A stretch of 64,000 nt of DNA from Poseidonia sp. GTDB taxonomy: Archaea > Thermoplasmatota > Poseidoniia > Poseidoniales > Poseidoniaceae. A model generated the notes under the pieces. It saw only the letters and a list, made by a program, of their open reading frames with translations. It was not told the DNA's origin and searched no databases. Location: NCBI GenBank assembly GCA_049617635.1, contig JBMZJQ010000001.1:17299-81298 (forward strand), read 5' to 3'. Both the position numbers and the translations under genes were made by a program. Positions 26,075-34,532 of the stretch are shown here, one piece after another. Numbering within the stretch: position 1 is the first letter of the stretch; every line of letters starts with the position of its first letter.

Positions 26075-26883
26075 GCGACGAACGCAACGCCGTTGCTGCC
26101 TTTCTCAAAAAGTGCAACACCTACGCCAGAGCCTCCATCCAGCGAAAGCAGGAGCGTGGTGAATTGGAGGACATCCCCAAGTGGGAATCCTACATTGAAT
26201 TCAACGAACACGCCCTGCAGGAATTGGCCGACGGCACCCTTGACCGGTGGTTCACCGATGACGGTTCCCCGGTGCTGCAACCTTTGCATCGCCTCCCTGT
26301 CAAGGAAATGGAACACGTCGAGCGCAGCATTTGGCTCAACAACGTCCTCTCCCCGCGCCCGGTCGTTGTCGCCGGCACCCTGGACCAGGACGGGCATCGA
26401 AATCTCGCTCCGCTTTCCTCGGTGATGCAGGTCTCGACGGCCCCTCCCTACCTCACCGCCTCGTTTTCCATTCACAAAGACGGGCGACCCCGTGACACCT
26501 TAGCCAACCTTCGTGCAACGGGACGAATCGTTCTCAACATGATGCCAGCAACGCCACGTGGGGCCGCCATCGTCGACGAAACCGCTACCCCTCTACCAAA
26601 GGGAAGCGACGAAGGCGAACTTCTGGAGATTGAAACCGTTGAAGGCGAACCCTTGCTGCTAAGCGAAGCCGTGGCGGCCATTGAAGCGACCTACGTCGAG
26701 GAACATCCCTTGCCCGATGCGGTGGCGGTGGTGGCTGTCCTCAAAGTGGAAGCGGTATGGTTCACCGGGGCAACAGCGCCCGCTGGTGGATTGGAGGTGC
26801 TCTGTCAGCACGGCAGGGACGACATGACACCTGCACCGCAGGGCTGGACTCGACGAGTTGAGAAGCACTACGGTCAAGGGTGA
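26071..26883 (+). CDS. flavin reductase-like (FMN-binding split-barrel) domain protein with N-terminal extension of about 90 aa
   Basis: ATG 26071 overlaps the upstream stop (ATGA), with a GGGAGGA SD. The core VVVAGTLDQDGHRNLAPLSS...TASFS resembles the Flavin_Reduct domain. The track ORF from 25783 is an out-of-gene extension. Confidence 0.65.
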   Translation: MSDERNAVAAFLKKCNTYARASIQRKQERGELEDIPKWESYIEFNEHALQELADGTLDRWFTDDGSPVLQPLHRLPVKEMEHVERSIWLNNVLSPRPVVVAGTLDQDGHRNLAPLSSVMQVSTAPPYLTASFSIHKDGRPRDTLANLRATGRIVLNMMPATPRGAAIVDETATPLPKGSDEGELLEIETVEGEPLLLSEAVAAIEATYVEEHPLPDAVAVVAVLKVEAVWFTGATAPAGGLEVLCQHGRDDMTPAPQGWTRRVEKHYGQG

Positions 26884-27848
26884 AGGCGTCCCCACATGCG
26901 CGACAAACCGGCCGCAAGCGACGTGGTGCAGTTCCATCCAAGACGCTGTTTCGTGAGGCTGCAATCCGGGACACGCCGTGCTGAATCGCCGGGGTAACCT
27001 CCACCCATCACGATGTCCACGGCTAAGGAGCCAACTGCAGCGTTCACGGCGTGGGCCAGGTCGATGATGCTCGTTTCTTCCTCGCTTCCAACGTTGAAAC
27101 ACCCACCGGTAAGGGAAGAGCCGTCCACGCCTTCTGCCAGTTCACCGGCGAGATAGAACCCCGTAACGATGTCGTCGAGATGGGTGAAACAACGGGTTTG
27201 TTGACCGTCGCCGTGCACCTGAATCGCTTCATTGTTCAACACGGCTCGCATCATCATCGCCACCACCTGCCCGTAGGCATCACCGGAGAGTTGGAAACCA
27301 TAGGCGTTGAACGGGCGCACAATGCGAGCATCGAGTCCGCTTCGAACAGCGTGCTGAACTGCGATTTCGCCAAGGTGTTTGCTCGCGCCGTATGAAAAAC
27401 GTTGGTGTTGACTGGCGGGTGGAAAGACCGCTTGGCTCTCCTCGTTCAGGGGCATGGAGGCCTCGTCTCCAAACGCTTCGGGCGAGGAAGCGAACACCAT
27501 GCGAGCGCCCCATTCCTGCGCTTTGTTGATCACGCACAACGTACCGTTGATGTTGACATCAATGACCGTCATCGCTGCTTCATGAAACCACTTGGTCCCG
27601 TTGATAGCAGCAAGATGGTGAATCAAGTCCACCCCTCCCAACGCATCGAAACATCGGTCAAGGTCCTCTGAACGCGTCACGTCCCCTTCAATGAACACGG
27701 CCCCTTGGTCCAAGAGGGGGGTCAAGTGTTCGATTTTTCCGCGGAACAGGTTGTCCAAAACGACCACACGATGACCCTCGTTCAGAAGGCGTGCAACAAG
27801 ACCGGCCCCGATGAAGCCTGCCCCACCGGTCACCACAATCCGTTTCAT
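26874..27848 (-). CDS. NAD-dependent epimerase/dehydratase (extended SDR, nucleotide-sugar type)
   Basis: MKRIVVTGGAGFIGAGLV Rossmann motif and YGASKHLGE (YxxxK). ATG 27848 overlaps the upstream stop (ATGA). Confidence 0.85.
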   Translation of the reverse strand: MKRIVVTGGAGFIGAGLVARLLNEGHRVVVLDNLFRGKIEHLTPLLDQGAVFIEGDVTRSEDLDRCFDALGGVDLIHHLAAINGTKWFHEAAMTVIDVNINGTLCVINKAQEWGARMVFASSPEAFGDEASMPLNEESQAVFPPASQHQRFSYGASKHLGEIAVQHAVRSGLDARIVRPFNAYGFQLSGDAYGQVVAMMMRAVLNNEAIQVHGDGQQTRCFTHLDDIVTGFYLAGELAEGVDGSSLTGGCFNVGSEEETSIIDLAHAVNAAVGSLAVDIVMGGGYPGDSARRVPDCSLTKQRLGWNCTTSLAAGLSRMWGRLHP

Positions 27849-29620
27849 GCCGAGGCACGCTCCACGACGCGAAGCGTGACGCCATCTTCCGTTCGAGTCA
27901 GCGCCACCGTATCGCCGGTGTTGACCGCCAAACACGGGTCTTCCTCAAATCCGTGTGCATAAGGCAACTCCAGAAGAGAACACGCCGGTAAGGTCAACGG
28001 GCACACGTCCCGGTTGACGATGGCCAATGGGCCTTTTCCGGTGTACATCAGCCCCATCAGGACGTAAGGGGCAACCGTGGAACCCGAACCCTTCGGGTAG
28101 ATGAGCACGGTGTTCTCGATGGCTTCTCCATCCAAGGGGTGACCGGTCTCTTCGATCACACCCGTGTCGCGGTTCACGTAGCCGAGGTAGGTGATGGGCA
28201 CGTCCGTAACCAAGGCACGCCCCACCACCTCGTAGGCGCTTTGCGAGCGGAGTCCCGCCCCTTGGACGGAAAGTGGCCCGCTCTGATGGGTCTTGGTGCT
28301 GGCGTGCTGAGGTTGAGCCTTGGGTGACAAGACCGGTGTCTCTCCTTCGCTGAGCGACGGGTCGAAGGCGTGCGCAACACAGCCCTGAATCGGCATCACG
28401 CTGGTAGGCAAACGGTTCAGCCCGCTTGTCAAGTAGTGTTCAGCCTTGAGCGAGTTGGTCAACAAATGTTGGTATTTTTCTCGGTTGTACGGGGTCACTT
28501 CCGGACAGGTGTCTTTGAGCACCAACGCCCCCGCTTCTTCGAGCAGTGCAAGGGTTCCGTCGCCTTCTGCGAGGTCGTAATTTTCACCGCTCGTGAACAC
28601 CCAGAGTCGCTGGTTGGGAATGGCCTTGCCCATTTCCATGTGCGAGCGAACCGCTGCTGCCGTGATGCGAAGTTCTTCCAAACTGGCTTGCGGGCAGCCG
28701 ATGACCACCAAATCAACCGGCCCATCGGGCGCCAAATCCTCGTAGCGTTGCGCCAAATCCTCAGCGGTAAACACCAACTCGCCTTGCCACCCACCCTCCG
28801 GGGCTTGCACGGAGCCGTCGTCGTTCAGCGAAAGCGGAGGAGCTGCGGTGTGCCCTTCAGCCCAGAGCATGGCGCATCCGTAATTGGCGGCAGCGGCCGT
28901 GAGGGCTTTTTTGGAGGCAAACGACATCCACGACGGCAAACCCGTGATGTACGGCATCGGACCATACGGTGTTTCCCAATCTGGACGCACCTGCTTCCCA
29001 ATCCAGTCGCCCAACACCGACCAGTCGGCCAGGTGCACCAATTCGCAGTCAACATGAACGCGAATGTTGGGGACGCGGTTCGCTTCCAAATGCAACCCCC
29101 AGCGGGGAGCAAAGCCGGTGAGCGCCGTTGCGAGGGCTGAAAGACCGGATTCGCGGTTCGTGATGAGGGACGTCCACGTGTTGGAGAAGCAAACGGCGTT
29201 GGATTCCGCCCAAGAGGCCAAACCGTTCTCCTCCTCGATGCCCCGGTCGTACGGCGTGCAGGACAGGGTCGCATCGATGCCCAACCGTTCGTAGGCATGG
29301 ATGATCTCAAATTGTTGTTCGAGGAAATCAGGCCACTGGATGTCCATTTCCTCCATTTTTTCCCGGTCACAACCGGCCGAATTGAGGGTGGTGGGGATGG
29401 CCACGTGCCCGTCTGCATCGGCGGAAAGGTCGCTGAGGAAACGACGCAGCCCGTGGCCTCCGGTGATCACCGAAACACCGGAAACGTGGGCGTTGGTCAC
29501 GTCCACATAGCCCTCAGCGTTCGTGGTTTCCGCGAGGTCCAAGACCAAGCGTGCGGCCTTTTGCCGTGTCTTTCCTTCCTCGCCGTTCAGTTGACGCATC
29601 AACCGTTCGGGCGTGTCCAT
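27845..29620 (-). CDS. aconitase X family protein, fused large (DUF521) and small (DUF126) modules
   Basis: The N-terminal region (VDVTNAHVSGVSVITGGHGLRRFL...IPTTLNSAGCD) is DUF521-like. The C-terminal region (LIYPKGSGSTVAPYVLMGLMYTGKGPLAIV) is DUF126-like. GGTGGA SD 6 nt before the ATG. Confidence 0.8.
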   Translation of the reverse strand: MDTPERLMRQLNGEEGKTRQKAARLVLDLAETTNAEGYVDVTNAHVSGVSVITGGHGLRRFLSDLSADADGHVAIPTTLNSAGCDREKMEEMDIQWPDFLEQQFEIIHAYERLGIDATLSCTPYDRGIEEENGLASWAESNAVCFSNTWTSLITNRESGLSALATALTGFAPRWGLHLEANRVPNIRVHVDCELVHLADWSVLGDWIGKQVRPDWETPYGPMPYITGLPSWMSFASKKALTAAAANYGCAMLWAEGHTAAPPLSLNDDGSVQAPEGGWQGELVFTAEDLAQRYEDLAPDGPVDLVVIGCPQASLEELRITAAAVRSHMEMGKAIPNQRLWVFTSGENYDLAEGDGTLALLEEAGALVLKDTCPEVTPYNREKYQHLLTNSLKAEHYLTSGLNRLPTSVMPIQGCVAHAFDPSLSEGETPVLSPKAQPQHASTKTHQSGPLSVQGAGLRSQSAYEVVGRALVTDVPITYLGYVNRDTGVIEETGHPLDGEAIENTVLIYPKGSGSTVAPYVLMGLMYTGKGPLAIVNRDVCPLTLPACSLLELPYAHGFEEDPCLAVNTGDTVALTRTEDGVTLRVVERASA

Positions 29621-29728
29621 GACCTTTCCACCCGTTGAAACTTCATCAAGTCACCCCTCGCCGTTGACGCACGACCGTGATAATAACCGGCGGTAGTTTA
29701 AGGAGCATTGAGGGGCTTGTCTCCGTTC

Positions 29729-31870
29729 ATGCCCACAGACACGGCAAACAGCGAGGAAAACCTCCACCTCAACGAGGCGGAGAGAGAAGATACGCAACGG
29801 TCTGCACCGCCTCGTCAACAGCGTCGCTGGCTCACCGTCGTTCAGGTGATGGCCCTCATCGTCGCCTTGACACTGGCCCTCTACAACAACGCCCTGATCG
29901 AGCAGGTTGACACCACCTCCACCGAGGCACCGGCCCTGTTGGTCAGCAGCGAGGGGTTCGAGGGCGTGCCGCCCTGCAACGAAGGCGGCGTTCGCCTTCA
30001 CACCGGCCTGGACCTCAACGCCAACAACATCTTGGATGCCACGGAGACCCAAGCCACGACGGTGTTGTGCAACGGTTTGCGAGGGCTCTCTGGGCCGCAA
30101 GGTCAACCCGGGACCAGCGGACAAGATGCCTTTCTGCAACTGCTCGAACACGAGGTGCTTCCTCTCGGCCATGAAACCTGCCCGACGGGCGGTACCGCGA
30201 TGCACAGCGGTTTGGACCTGAACGGCAACGGCACCCTTGAGGAGGACGAAGCCACCTCAAGCGTGGTGGTGTGCAACGGTTCGGTAGGGACCAACGGATT
30301 CAACGGTCTTGACGGAATGGACGGCGTGAACGGGACGACAGGCCATTCTGCTTTGGTCGACAAAGTGCCTGCCCCAACCTACCTCTGTCTGGACGGGTTC
30401 CTCGTTCGCTTTGGCGTGGACGACGGGCAGGGAACCGCCGTGGCCGGAAACGGCCTGCTCGAGGACGAAGAGGTTCACGAAACCCTCAACTTCTGTTTCG
30501 AGCCCTTGCGCTCCGAACGGATCACGGATTTTGTGGTTGGACAGGGCGACTCAGTAACGGAAGGGTGCGATGCGGCGGTATGGAGCGAAAACCACCTCGG
30601 CCTGTTGCTGGCCGCCAACGACGGCACCAACGGATGCGAACTCTACCGCTACAGCCCGTTGACAAACGCCACGACCATGGTCACTGACCTCCACCCCAAC
30701 GGCGACGGTATGCCTGGGAAGGACCTCGGATTCCTTCTCGTTGAGCAAACCAACCTCGTGCTGTTTGATGCCACGGACGGAGTGAACGGACGCCAACTCT
30801 GGGTCACGGATGGCAGCGAAGCAGGTACACGGGTTCTCGGGCAGATCGAGCTTGCTCCACCGGTGCCATGGTTCGAGGGCTACCTGTTTTTCTCACCCAG
30901 CGCTGACTGGTTGTGGACCAACGGCAGCGATTTGCGCGCTTGGCACGAACACCCTGCGTGGAACGCGTCCACCCAAACAGCCGCACAGGCCCTCCTTGCA
31001 CCACTCTCCCAACCCGGGCAAGCATGGATGGTCGGCACCGAACACGGGCTGTGGTTCACGGCCTCGGATGCGACCGGTGACGTGGAACCCTACCGCTTGG
31101 CCAACGACGGCTCCCTGCAGACATGGGATGTCAACCCTGTGGGGTCCATCCAACTCACCGATGCCTTGGCAGACGGTGAGGACCTCATTGCCGTGGCCAT
31201 GCGTGGAACGGCCAAACAACTGCTTCATCTGTCGACCAACGGGAGCGTGAACTGGTTAACGGCCATCGCACCTTCCACGGGCGACACCCACCTCGGTGAG
31301 GGAATGGGGTTGCACAGAATTGGTGACAACCTGGTGTACGACGCAGTCGTTTCGGCCAACGAAGCACGCCTCTGGACGACCAACCTCGCCAACGGTATCA
31401 CGGTTCAACTCAGCGCAGAACTGCTGGCTCCCGGCGCCCAAGTAGGGGTGGCCAACACGGGAGATCGATTGCTGTTCGACTGCATCACGGTCTCACGTGG
31501 TACGGAGGTGTGCGTGACCGATGCAACACCGTTGGGCACCAAGGTGCTTCACGACCTCACGCCGGGCGTGGTGTCTTCTGACATTCGTGGCTTGGTGGCC
31601 ATCGAAGACGGGTTCGCTTTCATGAGCGACGGGGTCGTTGAAGGCACACCTGTCGGCGTCTCGCTTTGGGTGATTGAGGGTGAAGCCATGCGGTTGGCGC
31701 TGAACCCTTGGCCGGGCAGCAGCAACTCCTCAGGGGCCGTGACCTACGGCAACTTGGTCGTTGGACCCTCCCAACTCTACTTCATCGCGAACGACGGCTC
31801 GAGCGGACACGAATGGTTCAGGTGGAGTCACGGTGAACTGTCGGACGACTGGATCGTCATTGCCCGGTGA
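29729..31870 (+). CDS. membrane-anchored extracellular protein: two Cys-bounded Ca-binding-like modules each followed by a collagen-like G-X-Y run, then ELWxxDG-type repeats
   Basis: N-terminal signal anchor WLTVVQVMALIVALTLALY. G-X-Y runs GLRGLSGPQGQPGTSGQD and GSVGTNGFNGLDGMDGVNGTTGHS. Repeats include CELYRYS, RQLWVTDGSEAGT, ARLWTTN, TEVCVTDATPLGT and GHEWFRW. Start is ATG 29729; the track start 29708 is TTG. Confidence 0.8.
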   Translation: MPTDTANSEENLHLNEAEREDTQRSAPPRQQRRWLTVVQVMALIVALTLALYNNALIEQVDTTSTEAPALLVSSEGFEGVPPCNEGGVRLHTGLDLNANNILDATETQATTVLCNGLRGLSGPQGQPGTSGQDAFLQLLEHEVLPLGHETCPTGGTAMHSGLDLNGNGTLEEDEATSSVVVCNGSVGTNGFNGLDGMDGVNGTTGHSALVDKVPAPTYLCLDGFLVRFGVDDGQGTAVAGNGLLEDEEVHETLNFCFEPLRSERITDFVVGQGDSVTEGCDAAVWSENHLGLLLAANDGTNGCELYRYSPLTNATTMVTDLHPNGDGMPGKDLGFLLVEQTNLVLFDATDGVNGRQLWVTDGSEAGTRVLGQIELAPPVPWFEGYLFFSPSADWLWTNGSDLRAWHEHPAWNASTQTAAQALLAPLSQPGQAWMVGTEHGLWFTASDATGDVEPYRLANDGSLQTWDVNPVGSIQLTDALADGEDLIAVAMRGTAKQLLHLSTNGSVNWLTAIAPSTGDTHLGEGMGLHRIGDNLVYDAVVSANEARLWTTNLANGITVQLSAELLAPGAQVGVANTGDRLLFDCITVSRGTEVCVTDATPLGTKVLHDLTPGVVSSDIRGLVAIEDGFAFMSDGVVEGTPVGVSLWVIEGEAMRLALNPWPGSSNSSGAVTYGNLVVGPSQLYFIANDGSSGHEWFRWSHGELSDDWIVIAR

Positions 31871-32729
31871 TGGGAACAACATCGTCGCGACCGAAACAAT
31901 ACGGGCACGACTCGCCGATGACATAGGTCGAAGCGTTTTGTTCATCTGCCGACAGGGGTTGACGACAGGCAAAACACACCACTGCCTCGGTCTCGTTGAG
32001 GGATGGGTCAACCGCCACACGTTGGTCAAAGACAAAACAATCGCCGTTCCAGTGGTCACCTCCAACCTCCTCAAAGTAGCCCAACACGCCACCTTTGAGT
32101 TGTTTGACGTTGGTGAACCCCGCTTCCATCATGATGGCGCTCGCTTTTTCACAGCGAATGCCACCGGTGCAGAACATCACCACCGGTTCTTCCTTCATCG
32201 ACGAAGGGAGCTTCTTGATGGCCTCGGGAAACGCTCGAAAGGTGCGGATGTCAAGGTCGATGGCGTTCTCGAAGGTTCCAACCCTCAACTCGTAATCGTT
32301 GCGCGTGTCCAACACGTGCACAACTTCACCGCTGTCGAGCATGGCCTTGAAGGCCGAGGGTTCAATCTCTTCACCGGTGAATTCAGCCGGGCGAATGTGG
32401 TCCAACCCGACGGAAATGATCTCGTTTTTTTTGCGGACGTTCATGCGGTTGAACGGTTGGTAGTCGGTGTAGGACACCTTCAGCGGGATGCCCTGGAAGC
32501 GTCCATCCTTTTCCAAATGAGCAACGAAGGCATCAATGGCTGGTTGGGGGCCGGCCAGAAAGAAATTGATGCCTTCGGGAGCCAACAACACCGTGCCTTT
32601 GAGCCCTAAATCGGTGCACACACTTCGCAACACGGCCTGCAAGGCATCACGGTCGTCGAGGTCAACGAACCGGTACCCGGCGATGTTGATGATGGAGCCC
32701 GTCACGTTTTTTCCTGCGGCCACTCGCAT
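31857..32729 (-). CDS. trhO: rhodanese-domain tRNA uridine(34) hydroxylase TrhO (UPF0176/YceA family)
   Basis: INIAGYRFVDL N-terminus, rhodanese active-site loop FCTGGIRCEKAS, and a C-terminal Cys cluster CFACRQP...CPYC. Confidence 0.8.
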   Translation of the reverse strand: MRVAAGKNVTGSIINIAGYRFVDLDDRDALQAVLRSVCTDLGLKGTVLLAPEGINFFLAGPQPAIDAFVAHLEKDGRFQGIPLKVSYTDYQPFNRMNVRKKNEIISVGLDHIRPAEFTGEEIEPSAFKAMLDSGEVVHVLDTRNDYELRVGTFENAIDLDIRTFRAFPEAIKKLPSSMKEEPVVMFCTGGIRCEKASAIMMEAGFTNVKQLKGGVLGYFEEVGGDHWNGDCFVFDQRVAVDPSLNETEAVVCFACRQPLSADEQNASTYVIGESCPYCFGRDDVVPITGQ

Positions 32730-32744
32730 TTGAGCGCATCGCCC

Positions 32745-34511
32745 TCAAGCAGCGCCACGCCAATCGTGACGTGAGGCCAGCGGCCGTCGCCAGCCCTGCC
32801 CGAAAGCGCGGGGAGAAACCCGAGGAGCAGGTGCCATTTGCCAACGCTTGTGCTCGTTACGCTCAAGGCGCATCAGCACGTCCATCACCAAGACTTCATC
32901 GAGGCCTGATGCCACCATTTCATCGGCGTTCAGCCCTCCTTCAATATGGGCTTGCAACACCGCATCCAAGACCTCGTAGGGCGGCAGTGTGTCCTCGTCC
33001 TTCTGGTCAGGTGCCAGTTCCGCCGAGGGAGGCTTGGTCATCGTTGATGCCGAGACAGGGGGGGTCTTTCCTTGCGCTTCTGCACGCTGATTAAACCGTT
33101 GAGCCATGGCGTACACGTCCATCTTGTAGACGTCACCGAGGGGCGCATAGCCTCCTGCCATGTCACCGTACAGGGTGCAATACCCCTGGGCGATTTCGGA
33201 CTTGTTCCCCGTCGAGATGGCCATGCTGGTGTTGGCATTGGCATATCCCATCACGACGATGGCTCGCAAGCGAGCCTGCAGGTTCTCACCGGCAACGGCG
33301 TGGCCTTCACGCAGCACGTTGCCGAGCGTCGCTTCCACGCTGGTGTGCATGTCGTCGATGCGATGTTCTTCGTAGCGCAACCCGAGGGCGTGCGCCGTAT
33401 GGGCTGCATCGTCAATGGAATGCTGAGAGGAAAAGCGGCTCGGCATGGCCAAGCCGGTGACGTGTTCGGGTCCAAGTGCTGCCGCTGCGACACAGGCGGC
33501 AACGGCCGAGTCAATGCCGCCCGACAACCCCAACACGATGGAATGGATGTTCGATTTACGGCAATAATCGGCCAGTCCGGTCACCACAGCGTCGGTGAGT
33601 TCATCCAGACGATCGACCGAATCATGGCCTGATTCATGGGGTGCGAGCACCATCATCTCACCGGCGCCGATGGAGAGGCCGTTAGCCTCGTTGCTGGCAA
33701 CCCAACGGCAAGCATCCGGCTGGTCAAGGTCAACCAGCAACACCCCCTCCTGCCACGAGGGGGCAATCACCGCTCTTCCGTCCGGCCACGCGACCAAACT
33801 TCGCCCGTCAAACAGCAAATCGTCGTTGCCACCAACCTGATTGGCCAGCAAAAATGGATGACCCAAAACACGGGCTGCATGGCGTGCGACCGCCAAGCGG
33901 GTGGTGAATTTCTCGCTGTGGAAAGGCGAGGCTGAGAGGTTGACGGTGGCGTCGATGTGAACGCCTTGACGGCACCACTCGGCGATGTGTTCGATCGGGT
34001 CTTGGCCGTAGGAGGACGGGGTCATGCCCGCCGATTGCCAAGCATCTTCGCACACCGTCACGCCCAACGTTAGCGGCCCCACGGAACGAGCGAGCCCTGA
34101 ACGGTTCTTTGGCGCAAAGTAACGCGCCTCGTCAAACACATCGTAGGTTGGGAGCAATTGCTTTTCTGCCACGATTCGAGCGTGGTGGTTCCCGGTCACG
34201 GTGGTGAATTCCGGCCCACAACGAACCACACCGTTGGTGGGCAACGAGCGAGGCTCCTCTGCAGGCAAGGGTGTGCCAACCAGGAGAGGGATAGCGGATT
34301 GAACGCCCAAGGCCGTCACCATGGAACGTTGAACAAAATCGTGCTCGAGCAGCAAGTCTCGCGGAGGATACCCGCACACGGCCAATTCGGTGGACACGCC
34401 AACGTCTGCACCGTGTTCAACGGCTTGCCCAGCCAGCCGGCTCAACCGTTCAGCATTGTTCTGCAAATCACCGACCGTGGGGTCGAGTTGGAGAAGGGCA
34501 ACGGTGCTCAT
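32745..34511 (-). CDS. nadE: glutamine-dependent NAD+ synthetase (CN-hydrolase domain plus NAD synthase domain)
   Basis: 588 aa. N-terminal nitrilase-like domain and PP-loop GLSGGIDSAV. Confidence 0.9.
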   Translation of the reverse strand: MSTVALLQLDPTVGDLQNNAERLSRLAGQAVEHGADVGVSTELAVCGYPPRDLLLEHDFVQRSMVTALGVQSAIPLLVGTPLPAEEPRSLPTNGVVRCGPEFTTVTGNHHARIVAEKQLLPTYDVFDEARYFAPKNRSGLARSVGPLTLGVTVCEDAWQSAGMTPSSYGQDPIEHIAEWCRQGVHIDATVNLSASPFHSEKFTTRLAVARHAARVLGHPFLLANQVGGNDDLLFDGRSLVAWPDGRAVIAPSWQEGVLLVDLDQPDACRWVASNEANGLSIGAGEMMVLAPHESGHDSVDRLDELTDAVVTGLADYCRKSNIHSIVLGLSGGIDSAVAACVAAAALGPEHVTGLAMPSRFSSQHSIDDAAHTAHALGLRYEEHRIDDMHTSVEATLGNVLREGHAVAGENLQARLRAIVVMGYANANTSMAISTGNKSEIAQGYCTLYGDMAGGYAPLGDVYKMDVYAMAQRFNQRAEAQGKTPPVSASTMTKPPSAELAPDQKDEDTLPPYEVLDAVLQAHIEGGLNADEMVASGLDEVLVMDVLMRLERNEHKRWQMAPAPRVSPRAFGQGWRRPLASRHDWRGAA

Positions 34512-34532
34512 CGCAGTTCACTCTCGACAACC

